Assembly: GCA_021814695.1 (NCBI GenBank)
Contig: JAKAHY010000005.1
Coordinates: 1,364-65,363, forward strand
Direction of reading: 5' to 3'
Origin: a bacterium
GTDB taxonomy: Bacteria; Patescibacteriota; Minisyncoccia; UBA6257; JAGOQP01
Length of the DNA: 64,000 nt
The notes below the pieces were generated by a model. The model searched no databases and was not told the DNA's origin. It saw only the letters and a list, made by a program, of their open reading frames with translations. Positions 1 through 10,961 of the stretch are shown one piece after another. Numbering within the stretch: position 1 is the stretch's first letter; the number at the start of each line of letters is the position of its first letter. The position numbers were made by a program, and so were the translations under genes.

Positions 1-804
1 AAATACTTTATCAGGGGCTACGTTTATTTTTATGTATAAATCTCCCGGATTTTTTCCGCGAAGACCGGCTTCTCCTTGGCCGGCTATTTTTATTACTTGT
101 CCGGGAAATACTCCTGGTTTTATATCAACCGTTATATTTTTTGTACCCATCACCCTTCCGGCCCCTCCACATTCGGGACATATTTTGTTTGGAGCCTGTC
201 CGGTTCCAAAGCATTTGTCACATTCCCGAACCTGAACAAAATTGCCGATAAAAGATGATCTTTGTTCTTTAATCTGGCCGGTTCCATGGCATGATTCACA
301 TTTCTTGGTGCCTGCATTTTTATCATACCCCGATCCGGTACATTTAGAGCAGACAACAAATGTTCTGAAAGATATATCCTTCTTAACGCCAAAAAAAGCT
401 TCTTTTAAAGTTATGCCCAAAAGCACCTGAATATCATTTCCTCTTTGTCTCGCTTGAGAGCGCCGGGTTCCACCCCCAAAAAAGCTCCCTAAAATATCAT
501 CCAAATTATCAAACCCAAACTGATCAGCAGAAAATCCACCGAAATCAAAGCCCGCAAACGGACCACCCGCACCTTGAAATCCTCCACCACCGGCATTATC
601 AAAAGTACGCCCAAACCTGTCGTATTGTGCTTTTTTCTGTTTGTCGGATAGAACTTGGTAAGCTTCGTTCACTTCCTTGAATTTTTTCTCGTCTCCGCCC
701 GCCTTATCGGGATGATACTGATGAGCGAGTTTTCGAAAAGCTTTTTTTATTTCATCTTCGGATGCTCCCCGAGGAACTCCCAAAATTTCGTAGTAATCTT
801 TCAT
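1..804 (-). CDS. dnaJ: Chaperone DnaJ (3' end runs off the window)
   Basis: Not in the ORF track. Manual translation from ATG at 804 gives [34 protein letters not shown] (J domain, HPD), then a G/F-rich linker and four CxxCxGxG repeats. Confidence 0.97.
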   Translation of the reverse strand, partial: MKDYYEILGVPRGASEDEIKKAFRKLAHQYHPDKAGGDEKKFKEVNEAYQVLSDKQKKAQYDRFGRTFDNAGGGGFQGAGGPFAGFDFGGFSADQFGFDNLDDILGSFFGGGTRRSQARQRGNDIQVLLGITLKEAFFGVKKDISFRTFVVCSKCTGSGYDKNAGTKKCESCHGTGQIKEQRSSFIGNFVQVRECDKCFGTGQAPNKICPECGGAGRVMGTKNITVDIKPGVFPGQVIKIAGQGEAGLRGKNPGDLYIKINVAPDKVF

Positions 805-810
805 ATCGAA

Positions 811-1482
811 TTAATTCTCGTCCAAATTATTGTTGGGTTTTTTTATTATTACAAGATAGTCTTCTCTTACTATTCTGTCGGAATCGGATTTTTCTCCATC
901 GATATGCGCCGTTTCTTCATCGGAAAATGACGATTCACGCTTATCTCCGATCTTAATTTCTTCAACGTCAACATTATATTTTTCTTTGACATATTGTAAA
1001 GCCTTCGTAACGGCCGCCGATAGAACCCTATAAGATTCAAAGTAATCTCCCCGAAAAACGGGCGAGAGCCTTACTTCTCCTCCGTCTTTGGCAACTCTTA
1101 CACATTCATCAAATGCATCCACTATTCTTTTTTCTACCGCTTCTTTATTATGGTCAAATTGGCTGGATAAAACATTGGGAATGGCACAGTTTGATATAAT
1201 CAAGTCAAATGTTTTATCCGGAAACGGCAATCGAGTCACATCGGCCACGGCTCCTTTTCCGGTTTCATAAGGAACAAAATGAAAATCAATGCTGTATATG
1301 TCATTAGCAAGACCGCGCTCTTTTGACGCCTTTGCGAATGAACCGATACCGCTCCCTACATCCAAAATCTTTTTATCAAAATCCTCGGGAGAAAGCCTTA
1401 AATTTGTGACATATTCTTTAAAAGTCTGCCCCTCGTGATCCTCTATGTGTTTTAATCTTTCGGGATTAATTGTCATAAACAA
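811..1482 (-). CDS. Class I SAM-dependent methyltransferase
   Basis: ILDVGSGIG motif I and LPFPDKTFDLII motif. Confidence 0.85.
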   Translation of the reverse strand: MFMTINPERLKHIEDHEGQTFKEYVTNLRLSPEDFDKKILDVGSGIGSFAKASKERGLANDIYSIDFHFVPYETGKGAVADVTRLPFPDKTFDLIISNCAIPNVLSSQFDHNKEAVEKRIVDAFDECVRVAKDGGEVRLSPVFRGDYFESYRVLSAAVTKALQYVKEKYNVDVEEIKIGDKRESSFSDEETAHIDGEKSDSDRIVREDYLVIIKKPNNNLDEN

Positions 1483-2505
1483 CTATGGCAATACGATAGT
1501 TTCCTTGCTCCTTGTCTCATAAATAATAGAACCGAATCTCAAAGCCAAAAGAATTTCATAAAAAAGAAATGAGAGTCCGGCTATAATCGGACGGATAATT
1601 GGAGAAACTGCCAGAACCGTAAAAAGTACTAGTACCGCCCCGATAATCATAATTATATTCCTGACGCTGGGAGGCAAGGTATTAACCTTATTAAGAAGAG
1701 AGTCATAAAGAGCAGAGGATAATTTTTCATCTACATTTAATTTTCCACCGAATATCCCGCCCAAACGTGACTGCAGGTCCTGAAGGCTGTTATCTATTAT
1801 TTGTTGTCTTTGTATAGGAGTAATTTTATCCTTAAGGGCCGGGTCCTGCTGAATCTGTTGGTCGACCATTCCGATTGCGGTATCTCTCAAAGACTTCGAG
1901 AAATCTACCCCGCCAAAAACGCTGGCTAAGGGTTTGGAAAGAATCTGAAGAGTTGTATTCAAAAGACCTTCGGACAATATAGGATTATTTTTTTCCAGAG
2001 GCTTTGTTGAAAAAACATTAAAGAACAGAACCGCTACGATAACGGCTAAAGCCAGAATGCCGAACTTTATTGAACTATTGGCTACCCTAAAAAATGAAAT
2101 TTTGAGCGAATCATCCAAAGCGGCGCGGGTAATCATTCCTCCACCAACAATTATGACGGCCGCCACCGCAAGCGCTAATAAAAGATTCTGGGAAAAATTG
2201 GCAAAAAAACCCAGGCTAAGCCCTACTGACGAAGCAACCAGCATCAGCGCCAGAAAACTTCTCCGGTTTATAAATACGATCTCGAGAGTCAGAAAAATAA
2301 GAAAGAGGATGACGGCAATGGACAAACCTATTACCGTTTTACTTTCTATGTGCAATTGCTGAAATGCGGCGTTATTTATAAGAAAACCGGCCGCAAATGC
2401 AAATACCGCCGTAAAAAAACCGAGAATCGACGATTTAATATAGGAAAACGCGCCGGTGTAAACACTTGGCGCCGATTCCTTTGGAGTCTGTTGTAATCCG
2501 ATCAT
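1483..2505 (-). CDS. Multi-pass membrane protein of unknown function
   Basis: 340-aa ORF with several hydrophobic segments, co-oriented between dnaK and dnaJ. Confidence 0.8.
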   Translation of the reverse strand: MIGLQQTPKESAPSVYTGAFSYIKSSILGFFTAVFAFAAGFLINNAAFQQLHIESKTVIGLSIAVILFLIFLTLEIVFINRRSFLALMLVASSVGLSLGFFANFSQNLLLALAVAAVIIVGGGMITRAALDDSLKISFFRVANSSIKFGILALAVIVAVLFFNVFSTKPLEKNNPILSEGLLNTTLQILSKPLASVFGGVDFSKSLRDTAIGMVDQQIQQDPALKDKITPIQRQQIIDNSLQDLQSRLGGIFGGKLNVDEKLSSALYDSLLNKVNTLPPSVRNIIMIIGAVLVLFTVLAVSPIIRPIIAGLSFLFYEILLALRFGSIIYETRSKETIVLP

Positions 2506-2520
2506 TGTATTTTGAGGAAG

Positions 2521-4371
2521 TTATTGCTGCTGTTCCGTGGTTCCCGCAGCTCCCGCAGCTCCTTCATCTCCCTTATTGTACATCGATTGGCCTATTTTTT
2601 GAAGTTCTCCTGATAATTCGGATGAGGCCGCCTTCATTCTGTCGGCATCATTGTGGGCAATTGCATCTTTGAGCTCCGAGGTCTTTTGTTCAATAGAGGC
2701 TTTTACATCTGGAGTAATTTTATCTTTCCATTCGGTAAGGTTCTTTTCCGCAAGATATACCAGCTGTTCGGCATTGTTCCTGAGTTCGGCGGATTCTTTT
2801 TTCTTTTTATCTTCTTCGGCATGAACTGCAGCTTCCTGTTTTAGGCGCTCAATTTCGTCCTTGGAAAGTTGGGTTGATGCTTCAATTCTTACCGACTGGA
2901 CTTTTCCGGAGGCTTTATCTTTGGCGGAAACGCTTAAAATTCCGTTGGCATCAATATCGAATGCGACTTCAACCTGAGGAACTCCTCTTGGGGCCGGTGG
3001 AATTCCGTCAAGAATAAATCTGGCAAGGGTTTTATTATCCGCTGCCATAGGACGCTCTCCCTGAAGAACATGAATTTCAACCGATGTTTGGTTATCGGCT
3101 GCAGTCGAAAAGACTTGAGACTTTGACGTCGGAACGGTTGTATTTTTTTCTATAACCGGAGTAAATACGCTTCCGTAAGTTTCTATTCCCAGTGAAAGCG
3201 GGGTCACATCCAAAAGCAAAACGTCTTTAACATCGCCCTGGAAAATACCGGCTTGAACGGCGGCACCGATCGCAACTACTTCGTCAGGGTTAATTCCCCT
3301 GTGAGGGTCTTTGCCAAAAAGCTTTTTGACCGCTTCCTGAATGGCCGGCATTCTGGTCTGACCGCCAACGAGAATAACTTCGTTAATATCCGATATTTTC
3401 AGACCCGCTTCACTGATAGTTTGTTTAACAAGTTCTATAGAATGGTCAATCATATCCTGAACCAAGCCCTCAAGTTTGGCTCGCGTCATTTTAATCAGAA
3501 AATGTTTTGGGCCTGAAGCATCCGAGCTTATGTAAGGTAAATTAATTTCTGTTTCGGTAACGGTAGACAATTCGTGCTTGGCTCTTTCCGCGGCCTCTCT
3601 TAATCTTTGCAACGCGAGAGGATCCTTTGACAGGTCAACGCCATCGCTTTTTTTATATTCGGCAACCAAATAATCCATTATTCTCTTGTCAAAATCATCA
3701 CCGCCAAGATGGGTATCGCCTCCGGTACTTTTGACTTCAACAACGTCATCTCCAATTTCAAGAACGGAAATATCGAAAGTTCCCCCTCCGAAATCGTAAA
3801 CACAAATTTTTTCGTTTTTCTGCTTATTTAATCCGTAAGCCAATGCTGCCGCCGTCGGTTCATTAATTATTCTACGGACTTTAAGGCCGGCGATTTCTCC
3901 GGCATTTTTTGTTGCCTGCCTTTGTGAGTCGTCAAAATAAGCCGGAACAGTTATGACCGCTTCTTCTATTTTTTCTCCCGTCTTCGCTTCGGCATCGGCC
4001 TTAAGTTTGGCCAATACCATTGCCGAGATTTCTTCAGGTTTATATTCTCTATCTCCCATTTTTACCTCGACTCCCCCGGTTGAAGATTCCTTCAGTTCGT
4101 AGGGTAACCACTTTACATCCCTTTGTACTTCAACGTCACTGAATTTTCTCCCGACAAGACGCTTTACTGAAAAAATCGTATTTTTGGGATTCACAACCGC
4201 CTGACGCTTGGCAAGCATTCCGGCAAGACGCTCTCCCGATTTACTCACCGCAACCACCGACGGGGTGGTTCTTGCTCCTTCCGCGTTTTCTAAAACTTTT
4301 GGCTCTCCGCCCTCAACAATTGCCATAGCCGAATTTGTCGTCCCCAAATCTATACCTAATATTTTTGCCAT
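2521..4371 (-). CDS. dnaK: Chaperone DnaK (Hsp70)
   Basis: [23 protein letters not shown] and [11 protein letters not shown] motifs. Confidence 0.99.
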   Translation of the reverse strand: MAKILGIDLGTTNSAMAIVEGGEPKVLENAEGARTTPSVVAVSKSGERLAGMLAKRQAVVNPKNTIFSVKRLVGRKFSDVEVQRDVKWLPYELKESSTGGVEVKMGDREYKPEEISAMVLAKLKADAEAKTGEKIEEAVITVPAYFDDSQRQATKNAGEIAGLKVRRIINEPTAAALAYGLNKQKNEKICVYDFGGGTFDISVLEIGDDVVEVKSTGGDTHLGGDDFDKRIMDYLVAEYKKSDGVDLSKDPLALQRLREAAERAKHELSTVTETEINLPYISSDASGPKHFLIKMTRAKLEGLVQDMIDHSIELVKQTISEAGLKISDINEVILVGGQTRMPAIQEAVKKLFGKDPHRGINPDEVVAIGAAVQAGIFQGDVKDVLLLDVTPLSLGIETYGSVFTPVIEKNTTVPTSKSQVFSTAADNQTSVEIHVLQGERPMAADNKTLARFILDGIPPAPRGVPQVEVAFDIDANGILSVSAKDKASGKVQSVRIEASTQLSKDEIERLKQEAAVHAEEDKKKKESAELRNNAEQLVYLAEKNLTEWKDKITPDVKASIEQKTSELKDAIAHNDADRMKAASSELSGELQKIGQSMYNKGDEGAAGAAGTTEQQQ

Positions 4372-4465
4372 ATTTGTTTAAAAATTGTTTTTAATTATTG
4401 ATTGTAAATATGAACACCCGCCAATGTTTTGAAACAGGAGAGTGCCGTATTGATAAGGAATATTA

Positions 4466-4954
4466 TTATTTTACCACTTTGACTCTTGCTGCCCGAATCA
4501 ATTTTCCATTCATCATATAACCCCTCTCTACTTCTTCCGCGACCGTTCCTGACGGTTGATCGGATTCAACAACGGTTATTGCATCATGGATGCTGGGATC
4601 AAATTTTTGACCTACCGAAACAGAGATTCTCTCCAATCCATAACGCTTCAGCACATCTTCCAACTGGGTTCTAATAAGATAAATACCCTTCTCTGTTTTA
4701 TCATCCGCACCCAAAGACTGGATAGCCAGATCGAAACTGTCCAATACGCTGATTAATTCCCTGATAATCGTCTCGTTGGCATATTTTAAAACGGTTTCAA
4801 AGCGCTTAGTTTCGTCTTTTTTATAATTAATGAAATCAGCCTTCGCCCGTTTCCAACCATCAAGATAATCATCATTCTCCTTTTTGAGTCTTTCGATCTC
4901 CGACGGCTGAGCGTCCGAACTTGGATTTTGTTGGTTTTCCTGTTTTTCTTCCAT
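4466..4954 (-). CDS. grpE: Nucleotide exchange factor GrpE
   Basis: RAKADFINYKK, FDPSIHDA and GYMMNGKLIRAARVKV; directly upstream of dnaK. Confidence 0.97.
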   Translation of the reverse strand: MEEKQENQQNPSSDAQPSEIERLKKENDDYLDGWKRAKADFINYKKDETKRFETVLKYANETIIRELISVLDSFDLAIQSLGADDKTEKGIYLIRTQLEDVLKRYGLERISVSVGQKFDPSIHDAITVVESDQPSGTVAEEVERGYMMNGKLIRAARVKVVK

Positions 4955-4992
4955 ATAAAAATATTCCCCTTGCTTGAATGAATTTCGCTACT

Positions 4993-5058
4993 ATTTTAGT
5001 ACCCTTTGGATAATTGTCAATACTGGATGCTGACAAAATCAGGCTAAAAACGTATAAT
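4993..5058. promoter_or_regulatory. Divergent sigma70-type promoters for grpE-dnaK (-) and corA (+)
   Basis: Minus strand TTGACA-16-TAAAAT (5020-4993); plus strand CTGACA-17-TATAAT (5030-5058). Confidence 0.65.
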
Positions 5059-5093
5059 AAAGGCACTGTCGCAATTATTAATATTCAAGCCAA

Positions 5094-6005
5094 ATGATAA
5101 TCAAAAAAGGCAAGGTCAACTGGATAAATCTGGTTAATCCGAGTGATAAAGAATTAGCAGCTTTAAAAAAGGAATTCGGAATACATCCAATTATTATAGA
5201 GGAGTTAGCCGAACCGTCGGCCCGCTCCAAAGTCGAGATATACGGAAATTATATGTTTGTCGTTCTCCACTTGCCCGTATACGAAACTCAAGGACGCGTT
5301 TCCCGCAGGGGCGAAATGGATTTTTTGATTACCAAAAATGCCGTGATTTCGGTCAGTTACGAAAAACTGGAGCCGATCGAAATGTTGGAAGAAAAAATAG
5401 AGGATAATCCGAATTATAAAGACAGGCTCCTCGGCGGAGACACTGCTCGTCTTCTTTATTATCTTATAGAATCCTGCCTCCTTTATTCGATGAGACAATT
5501 GCACCACGTTGACGAAAAGATCGATGATATACGAAGTACGCTGTTTGAGGATCAGGAAAAAACTCTTCTTGAAAAAATATCTTACGTAAAAAGGGATTTG
5601 CTGAGTTATTATCTCATAACCAAATCGCAATCAAGCATTTTTAACTCTTTGAGCAAAATAGGGCCGGACTTTTTTGGAGACCATACCAAAGTTTATTTCA
5701 GCGATCTGGAAGGAGATTTCTTAAAAGTGCTTCAGTCGTGCGAAAGCTACAAAGATACCATCGAGTCATTTGAAAAAACCAACACCCAGATGTTAACCAT
5801 CAGAATGACTAAAGTAATGCAGAGATTTTCGGTCCTGGCATTTCTGACTTTTCCGATAATGGTATTTCTGGCTTTATTTACAATAGACACAAACTCTAGG
5901 CCAATAGTCGGACACTCTCCTTACGATTTCTGGATTTTATCCGGAATCGTCGTTGGAGCAATACTTATAATGGCGACAATCTTCAGAAAAAAAGAGTGGC
6001 TGTAA
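5094..6005 (+). CDS. CorA-family divalent cation transporter
   Basis: WINLVNPS, FGIHPIIIEE, ARSKVE, two C-terminal TM helices and FRKKEWL end; the GMN signature reads TID. Confidence 0.88.
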   Translation: MIIKKGKVNWINLVNPSDKELAALKKEFGIHPIIIEELAEPSARSKVEIYGNYMFVVLHLPVYETQGRVSRRGEMDFLITKNAVISVSYEKLEPIEMLEEKIEDNPNYKDRLLGGDTARLLYYLIESCLLYSMRQLHHVDEKIDDIRSTLFEDQEKTLLEKISYVKRDLLSYYLITKSQSSIFNSLSKIGPDFFGDHTKVYFSDLEGDFLKVLQSCESYKDTIESFEKTNTQMLTIRMTKVMQRFSVLAFLTFPIMVFLALFTIDTNSRPIVGHSPYDFWILSGIVVGAILIMATIFRKKEWL

Positions 6006-6026
6006 AAAAGACGGCCCAAAGTGCCG

Positions 6027-6194
6027 TCAACCAAAAATCAAACTGGCAATTGCAATCAGAAAATTAAATCCGGAAAGAATATAAGCGACCAGAGAAAACC
6101 TTCTGTGTTTTTCTCTGAATAAATACCCGATGAAGGCGGTTACTACTCCATAAAAGAAATACTCCACAAAGTAGACAACGGCCATTGATTGCAT
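6027..6194 (-). CDS. Small membrane protein (ORFan)
   Basis: ATG at 6194 preceded by GGAGG; two hydrophobic segments; hairpin plus U tract downstream. Confidence 0.55.
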   Translation of the reverse strand: MQSMAVVYFVEYFFYGVVTAFIGYLFREKHRRFSLVAYILSGFNFLIAIASLIFG

Positions 6195-6303
6195 CTCTCC
6201 TCCAATATTCTGCTTATAATATGGCACTAAAAATCGCCATATTCAATATTATAAAAAAGAGCGGCTCCAATGAGTCGCTTTCGTTCAATCTACACACCCC
6301 AAA

Positions 6304-6534
6304 TCATTGCAGCCAAGAAAAAATAATGTTGATGATTGACCACACGGAGCCAAAAAGCAGAGCTAATGATACCGCCCCCATAACAATGGATTCCGCCAGA
6401 TTGATGGCCCACTTACCGAGCCCAATGTCGTTGCTCGCCGCTGAGCTGATACTTGCTAATACCGCAACAATAATGCCCACCAAGGCTCCAAAAATAGCCC
6501 CCGAATAGAAGTGGTGTAGTACAACCATTAGCAT
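6304..6534 (-). CDS. Small membrane protein (ORFan)
   Basis: ATG at 6534 preceded by AAAGGAG; TTGACG-17-CATTAT promoter; two TM segments. Confidence 0.6.
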   Translation of the reverse strand: MLMVVLHHFYSGAIFGALVGIIVAVLASISSAASNDIGLGKWAINLAESIVMGAVSLALLFGSVWSIINIIFSWLQ

Positions 6535-6636
6535 CTCTCTTTCTCCTTTCTTGTTGTGTTCCAATAATATAATGCACTAAAATTAATTATGCGTCAAGTT
6601 TCATTTATTCATTCTTCAAAGTACAATAAACAAATT

Positions 6637-8055
6637 ATGAGACTTCAAGATTCCCTATCGGGAAAGAAAATAGAGCTTAAAAAAACGTCCAAACCAATCA
6701 AATTGTTTGTCTGTGGACCGACGGTTTACGACAAAACCCACATAGGCCATGCCCGGACGTATGTGGCGTTTGATGCATTCGTTCAATACCTCCGATACAC
6801 CGGCCAAAAAGTCTTTTATCTGATAAACATAACCGACGTTGACGACAAAATAATCGCCAAAGCCCAACAGGAACAAAAAAATCCGTTTGAAATAGCCGAG
6901 TTTTTTGAAAATGATTTCCATCAGACCGAAAAGATTTTAAACATAGAATCGGTTACTAAATATGCCCGGGCATCGGATCATATAAAAGAAATAATCGCCC
7001 AAATCAAAGTCTTGATAAAGAGAGGATATGCGTATGAGACTCAACACGGAATATATTTTAAGGTTAAAAAATTCAAAAACTACGGCAAATTATCCAAACA
7101 AAATCTGAATGCTCTCCGCCCCGGATGGAGGATTGATATCGATCCGGAAAAGAAAGACCCTCTGGATTTTGCTCTTTGGAAAAAGTCGGCTTCCGAAATT
7201 AAAACATCGGACAAAAAACAGCCGGCAATTGTCGACTCGGAACCTTTTTGGAAAAGTCCGTGGGGATGGGGCAGGCCTGGGTGGCACATTGAAGACACGG
7301 CTATTACCGAAAAATATTTTGGCGTTCAATACGATATCCACGGAGGAGCGGCGGAACTTAAATTCCCCCACCATGAATCGGAGATTGCCCAGCAGGAATC
7401 AGCGTCAGGCAAAAAACCTTTGGTAAAAATCTGGATGCATACCGGAGTTCTTCTGGTTGGCGGACAAAAGATGTCCAAGAGTTTGAAAAATTTTATTACA
7501 GTGGATGACTTTGTTTCAAAGTATGGCTCCAACGCCTTACGACTTATGATTCTAAACCACTCTTATCACTCTCCTGTCGACTACACCGACGAGACGGCTC
7601 AAGCGGCTCACAATAATATAATCTCTCTTATGCAGTTTTTACTCAAAGCCGATTTTGTATCAAAACACCAGAAAGAAGGCTTCGGATCTTTGCCCCTAAA
7701 AGAGTTCGAAAAACAGATAACGGAATCACTTGACGACGATTTCAATACGCCAAAGGCCATGGGGCTGCTCTTTGAGCTTGTGAACAGAATCGAATCGTCT
7801 ATATACACATTGCCGGCAGGAGAAATCAAAAAGGCCGCCAGATTTGTACAGAAATATTTTGAGATTTTAGGGTTTGTCCTTCCGGTTCCGGAATCGGAAA
7901 TACCCGACAAAATCTTCAATTTAGCCTCCGAAAGGGAGGAATTCAGAGGTAATAAACAATTTATTAAGGCCGACGCCTTGAGAAATGAAATTAATGAGTT
8001 AGGATACAGTGTAGAAGATACGCCATTTGGACCGTTTGTCAGAAAAGATATTTAA
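6637..8055 (+). CDS. cysS: Cysteine--tRNA ligase
   Basis: CGPTVYD, HIGH, GRPGWHIE and KMSKS. Start moved to ATG 6637, just after a TACAAT box. Confidence 0.98.
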   Translation: MRLQDSLSGKKIELKKTSKPIKLFVCGPTVYDKTHIGHARTYVAFDAFVQYLRYTGQKVFYLINITDVDDKIIAKAQQEQKNPFEIAEFFENDFHQTEKILNIESVTKYARASDHIKEIIAQIKVLIKRGYAYETQHGIYFKVKKFKNYGKLSKQNLNALRPGWRIDIDPEKKDPLDFALWKKSASEIKTSDKKQPAIVDSEPFWKSPWGWGRPGWHIEDTAITEKYFGVQYDIHGGAAELKFPHHESEIAQQESASGKKPLVKIWMHTGVLLVGGQKMSKSLKNFITVDDFVSKYGSNALRLMILNHSYHSPVDYTDETAQAAHNNIISLMQFLLKADFVSKHQKEGFGSLPLKEFEKQITESLDDDFNTPKAMGLLFELVNRIESSIYTLPAGEIKKAARFVQKYFEILGFVLPVPESEIPDKIFNLASEREEFRGNKQFIKADALRNEINELGYSVEDTPFGPFVRKDI

Positions 8056-8092
8056 ATAAAGCCGCGGGCTAAAACCGAAAAACCAGAAATTT

Positions 8093-9439
8093 ATGGACAA
8101 TATAAAATTGCCGCCGCAAGACATCGAAGCAGAAAAGTCTATATTGGGTTCGCTAATGATAGACAAAAACGCCGTAACCAAGGTGGCGGATTCAATTACT
8201 CCCATAGATTTATATAATGCCGCCCACCAAAAAATATATGAGGCGATGTTGGATCTTTTTTCAAAAAACGAACCAATAGACATTCTGAGCGTCACTAATG
8301 TTTTAAAATCCAAAAAACAGTTGGACAGCGTCGGCGGATCATCATATCTGGCTGATTTAATTAATTCAGTTCCTTCTTCGGCACATATCGGTCACTACGC
8401 AAAGATTGTCAGAGAAAAAAGAATTCTCCGCGATCTGATTTCTCTTTCGGCTAATATCAATGATGAAGTTTTTGAGAAAAGAACGGATGTCGATAATCTT
8501 ATCGATTCCATAGAACAGAAGATTTTCAGCGTTTCGCAACGCTCACAGGATAAAAACTTCATAGCTCTGCGGGATGAATTGAAGGAGGCGTACGAAAGAA
8601 TCGAAAAACTGCATCAGGGAGAAAAAGGACTCAGAGGTGTTACAACCGGATTTGAAGATTTGGATAAATTACTTTCCGGATTCCAGCGCTCAGACATGAT
8701 TATTTTGGGAGCCAGGCCTTCTCTTGGAAAAACAACCCTTGCTCTTGATATGGCCAGAGGCGCAGCTCTTAAAGGAAAGGCATCGGTCGGAATATTTTCC
8801 CTGGAAATGTCCCGCGAACAGTTAGTGGACCGCCTTATTGCCGCCGAAGCCAATGTTCCTTTTTGGAGATTACGCACCGGACAACTTAACAGTGAAACGG
8901 ATTTTGCTTTAATTCAGGAGTCATTAGACAGACTGTCGCGAATGAAAATATTCATAGACGACACACCATCACCCAATATTATGCAGATTCGTTCGATAGC
9001 CCGACGCCTACAATCCGAAAACGGGTTAGATTTAATAGTTATAGACTATGTCCAGCTGATACAGCCGCTTACAAACACCGATAATATGGTTCAACAATTC
9101 ACCGAAATTTCCCATGGAATCAAAGCTTTGGCCAGAGAATTGAACGTTCCGGTACTGGCGATTTCCCAGCTTAACAGGCAAGTAGATAACCGCGAGGTAA
9201 GAGTCCCCCGACTTTCGGATCTTCGCGAAACCGGTTCGTGGGAACAAGATGCCGACGTGGTATTGATGATTTATCGCAAAGACCGCGACAAACTTGAACC
9301 GTCCCTGGAAGAGGAGGGCTTGGCAAGCGTCATTATCGCCAAACACCGCAATGGTCCGCTGGGAACCGTTGATTTCAAATTTGATTCGGATAAGGTTACT
9401 TTTCGGCCGATTTCAAAAACTCATACAAATTACGAATAA
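8093..9439 (+). CDS. dnaB: Replicative DNA helicase
   Basis: GARPSLGKT, FSLEMS, DYVQL, SQLNR, LSDLRETGSWEQDAD and AKHRNGP. Confidence 0.98.
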   Translation: MDNIKLPPQDIEAEKSILGSLMIDKNAVTKVADSITPIDLYNAAHQKIYEAMLDLFSKNEPIDILSVTNVLKSKKQLDSVGGSSYLADLINSVPSSAHIGHYAKIVREKRILRDLISLSANINDEVFEKRTDVDNLIDSIEQKIFSVSQRSQDKNFIALRDELKEAYERIEKLHQGEKGLRGVTTGFEDLDKLLSGFQRSDMIILGARPSLGKTTLALDMARGAALKGKASVGIFSLEMSREQLVDRLIAAEANVPFWRLRTGQLNSETDFALIQESLDRLSRMKIFIDDTPSPNIMQIRSIARRLQSENGLDLIVIDYVQLIQPLTNTDNMVQQFTEISHGIKALARELNVPVLAISQLNRQVDNREVRVPRLSDLRETGSWEQDADVVLMIYRKDRDKLEPSLEEEGLASVIIAKHRNGPLGTVDFKFDSDKVTFRPISKTHTNYE

Positions 9440-9447
9440 TATAAATC

Positions 9448-10050
9448 GTGCTTCCTGAAGAGATAAAAAAATTTATAGAGGAGTTCGAAAAACTCCCCTC
9501 AATTGGTCCCCGACAAGCTACCCGCTTGGCGTTCAGGCTCATTGGAGGAGGACAAGCTAAACTTGCCGAGATGGCAAATGCGGTGTCCGGATTAAAGAAG
9601 GTGAAAATATGCCCGCGATGTTTTTTCGTCCACTCTCAAAAAACAGACGTCTGTTCGATATGTGCCGAATCTACTCGGGCCAATGACGTATTTATGGTTA
9701 TAGAAAAAGAGACGGATTTGATGAGTATTGAGCGCACTAAAAAATACCGCGGTAAATATCTGGTCTTGGGAGAACTGACAAAAAGCGGGGTGCTTGAGCC
9801 TTGGCAAAAATTGAGATTAAATGCCCTTAAAAAAATAATCACCGATGAAATGTCGGATAAAATGGCCAAAGAAATAATTATAGCTCTTAACCCGACAACT
9901 TACGGAGATCTAAACGCCTCACTTATAGAAAAAGAACTAAAAAACTACAGCCATAAAATGTCACGCTTAGGAAGAGGAATTCCCACCGGAGGAGAAATAG
10001 AATTCGCCGACGAAGAAACCCTTTCGCACTCGCTTACCAGAAGAGAGTAA
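9448..10050 (+). CDS. recR: Recombination mediator RecR
   Basis: LPSIGPRQATRLA HhH, C4 zinc finger and Toprim region ending GIPTGGEIEFADEETL. Confidence 0.95.
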   Translation: MLPEEIKKFIEEFEKLPSIGPRQATRLAFRLIGGGQAKLAEMANAVSGLKKVKICPRCFFVHSQKTDVCSICAESTRANDVFMVIEKETDLMSIERTKKYRGKYLVLGELTKSGVLEPWQKLRLNALKKIITDEMSDKMAKEIIIALNPTTYGDLNASLIEKELKNYSHKMSRLGRGIPTGGEIEFADEETLSHSLTRRE

Positions 10051-10109
10051 TTTGTTCTACAAAAAAGCCGCTGGGCAGAACCATGCGGTTAAATTACGTC
10101 TTGCGATAA

Positions 10110-10520
10110 TCAATAACTGTCCCCATCATCCGGAATAAGAGGCTGATACTTTATTTTCCACAAACGGAATGAAATCTTACGAGCTATTTTACCCAGCTCC
10201 TCCAAGTCGCTCTTCTTAAATCCCCTTTCTTGTAGTAGACAAATTGGACAAAATCCTTGAAAGTATCTGCGAATCCCGACTGTACGACGAACATAATAGC
10301 TGACAACTACGGATTTCTCGTGATTACACTTCTTTTGCAAAGAAGACGAAAGAGTATCCAGTTCCGCATTTATTTTATTGAGTTTTTTAGCAAGAGCGGC
10401 TATTTTTTCCCCAATAGCATTGTAGCTATCCGTCTCTCTTTTTAAACTTTCAAAAAGTTTTTTCCTCTTTTTTTCGATACCGGCAAGCTTTTTTCTACTC
10501 ACGTCGAAGTCCTTGTCCAA
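10110..10520 (-). CDS. Hypothetical coiled-coil protein with CxH...CxxC motif (ORFan cassette)
   Basis: TTG start with AAAAGGGG upstream; TTGACA-17-TATGGT promoter (10578-10550). Confidence 0.6.
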   Translation of the reverse strand: MDKDFDVSRKKLAGIEKKRKKLFESLKRETDSYNAIGEKIAALAKKLNKINAELDTLSSSLQKKCNHEKSVVVSYYVRRTVGIRRYFQGFCPICLLQERGFKKSDLEELGKIARKISFRLWKIKYQPLIPDDGDSY

Positions 10521-10586
10521 GACTAGGCCCCTTTTTGTATACTAATACAACCATAAGTGTAATCCCTGTGCGTGTCAACGCCAAAA

Positions 10587-10613
10587 TAAAAAACCGCTTT
10601 AGAGCGGTTTTTT
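10587..10613. terminator. Intrinsic terminator after rplU
   Basis: AAAAAACCGCT-TTAG-AGCGGTTTTTT hairpin with A/T tracts on both sides. Confidence 0.75.
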
Positions 10614-10923
10614 ATTTGATACCGGTAATTTTTACTTCTGTAAAATACTGGCGATGGCCCTTAGTTTTCCTTACCCGAGCCTTGGAATGATATTTGAAAA
10701 TAATCTTTTTTCTGTCCCTGGACTGCCTTAAAATTTCTCCTTCAACCTTAACCCCTGAGACTTCCGGTTTTCCAACGGTAGCGCTTGAACCATCCGAGAC
10801 CAAAAGAACCTCATCAAAGGAAACTTTGGAGTTAGGTTCTCCGGCAATCTTTTCTATCTTCAATTTTTGGTCGGGAGTGACAACGTATTGCTTTCCCCCC
10901 GTTTTGATTACGGCAAATGACAT
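10612..10923 (-). CDS. rplU: 50S ribosomal protein L21
   Basis: AVIKTGGKQY and GHRQYFTEVKI. Confidence 0.98.
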   Translation of the reverse strand: MSFAVIKTGGKQYVVTPDQKLKIEKIAGEPNSKVSFDEVLLVSDGSSATVGKPEVSGVKVEGEILRQSRDRKKIIFKYHSKARVRKTKGHRQYFTEVKITGIK

Positions 10924-10961
10924 AGTTGAAAAATGTTAACAAAGATGCGGCTGAAAGTCAA

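Noticed and set aside
4410-5040. CIRCE operator for grpE-dnaK
   Set aside because: Only half-site look-alikes (GAGTGCC near 4440, TTAGTACCC near 4996); no TTAGCACTC-N9-GAGTGCTAA pair.
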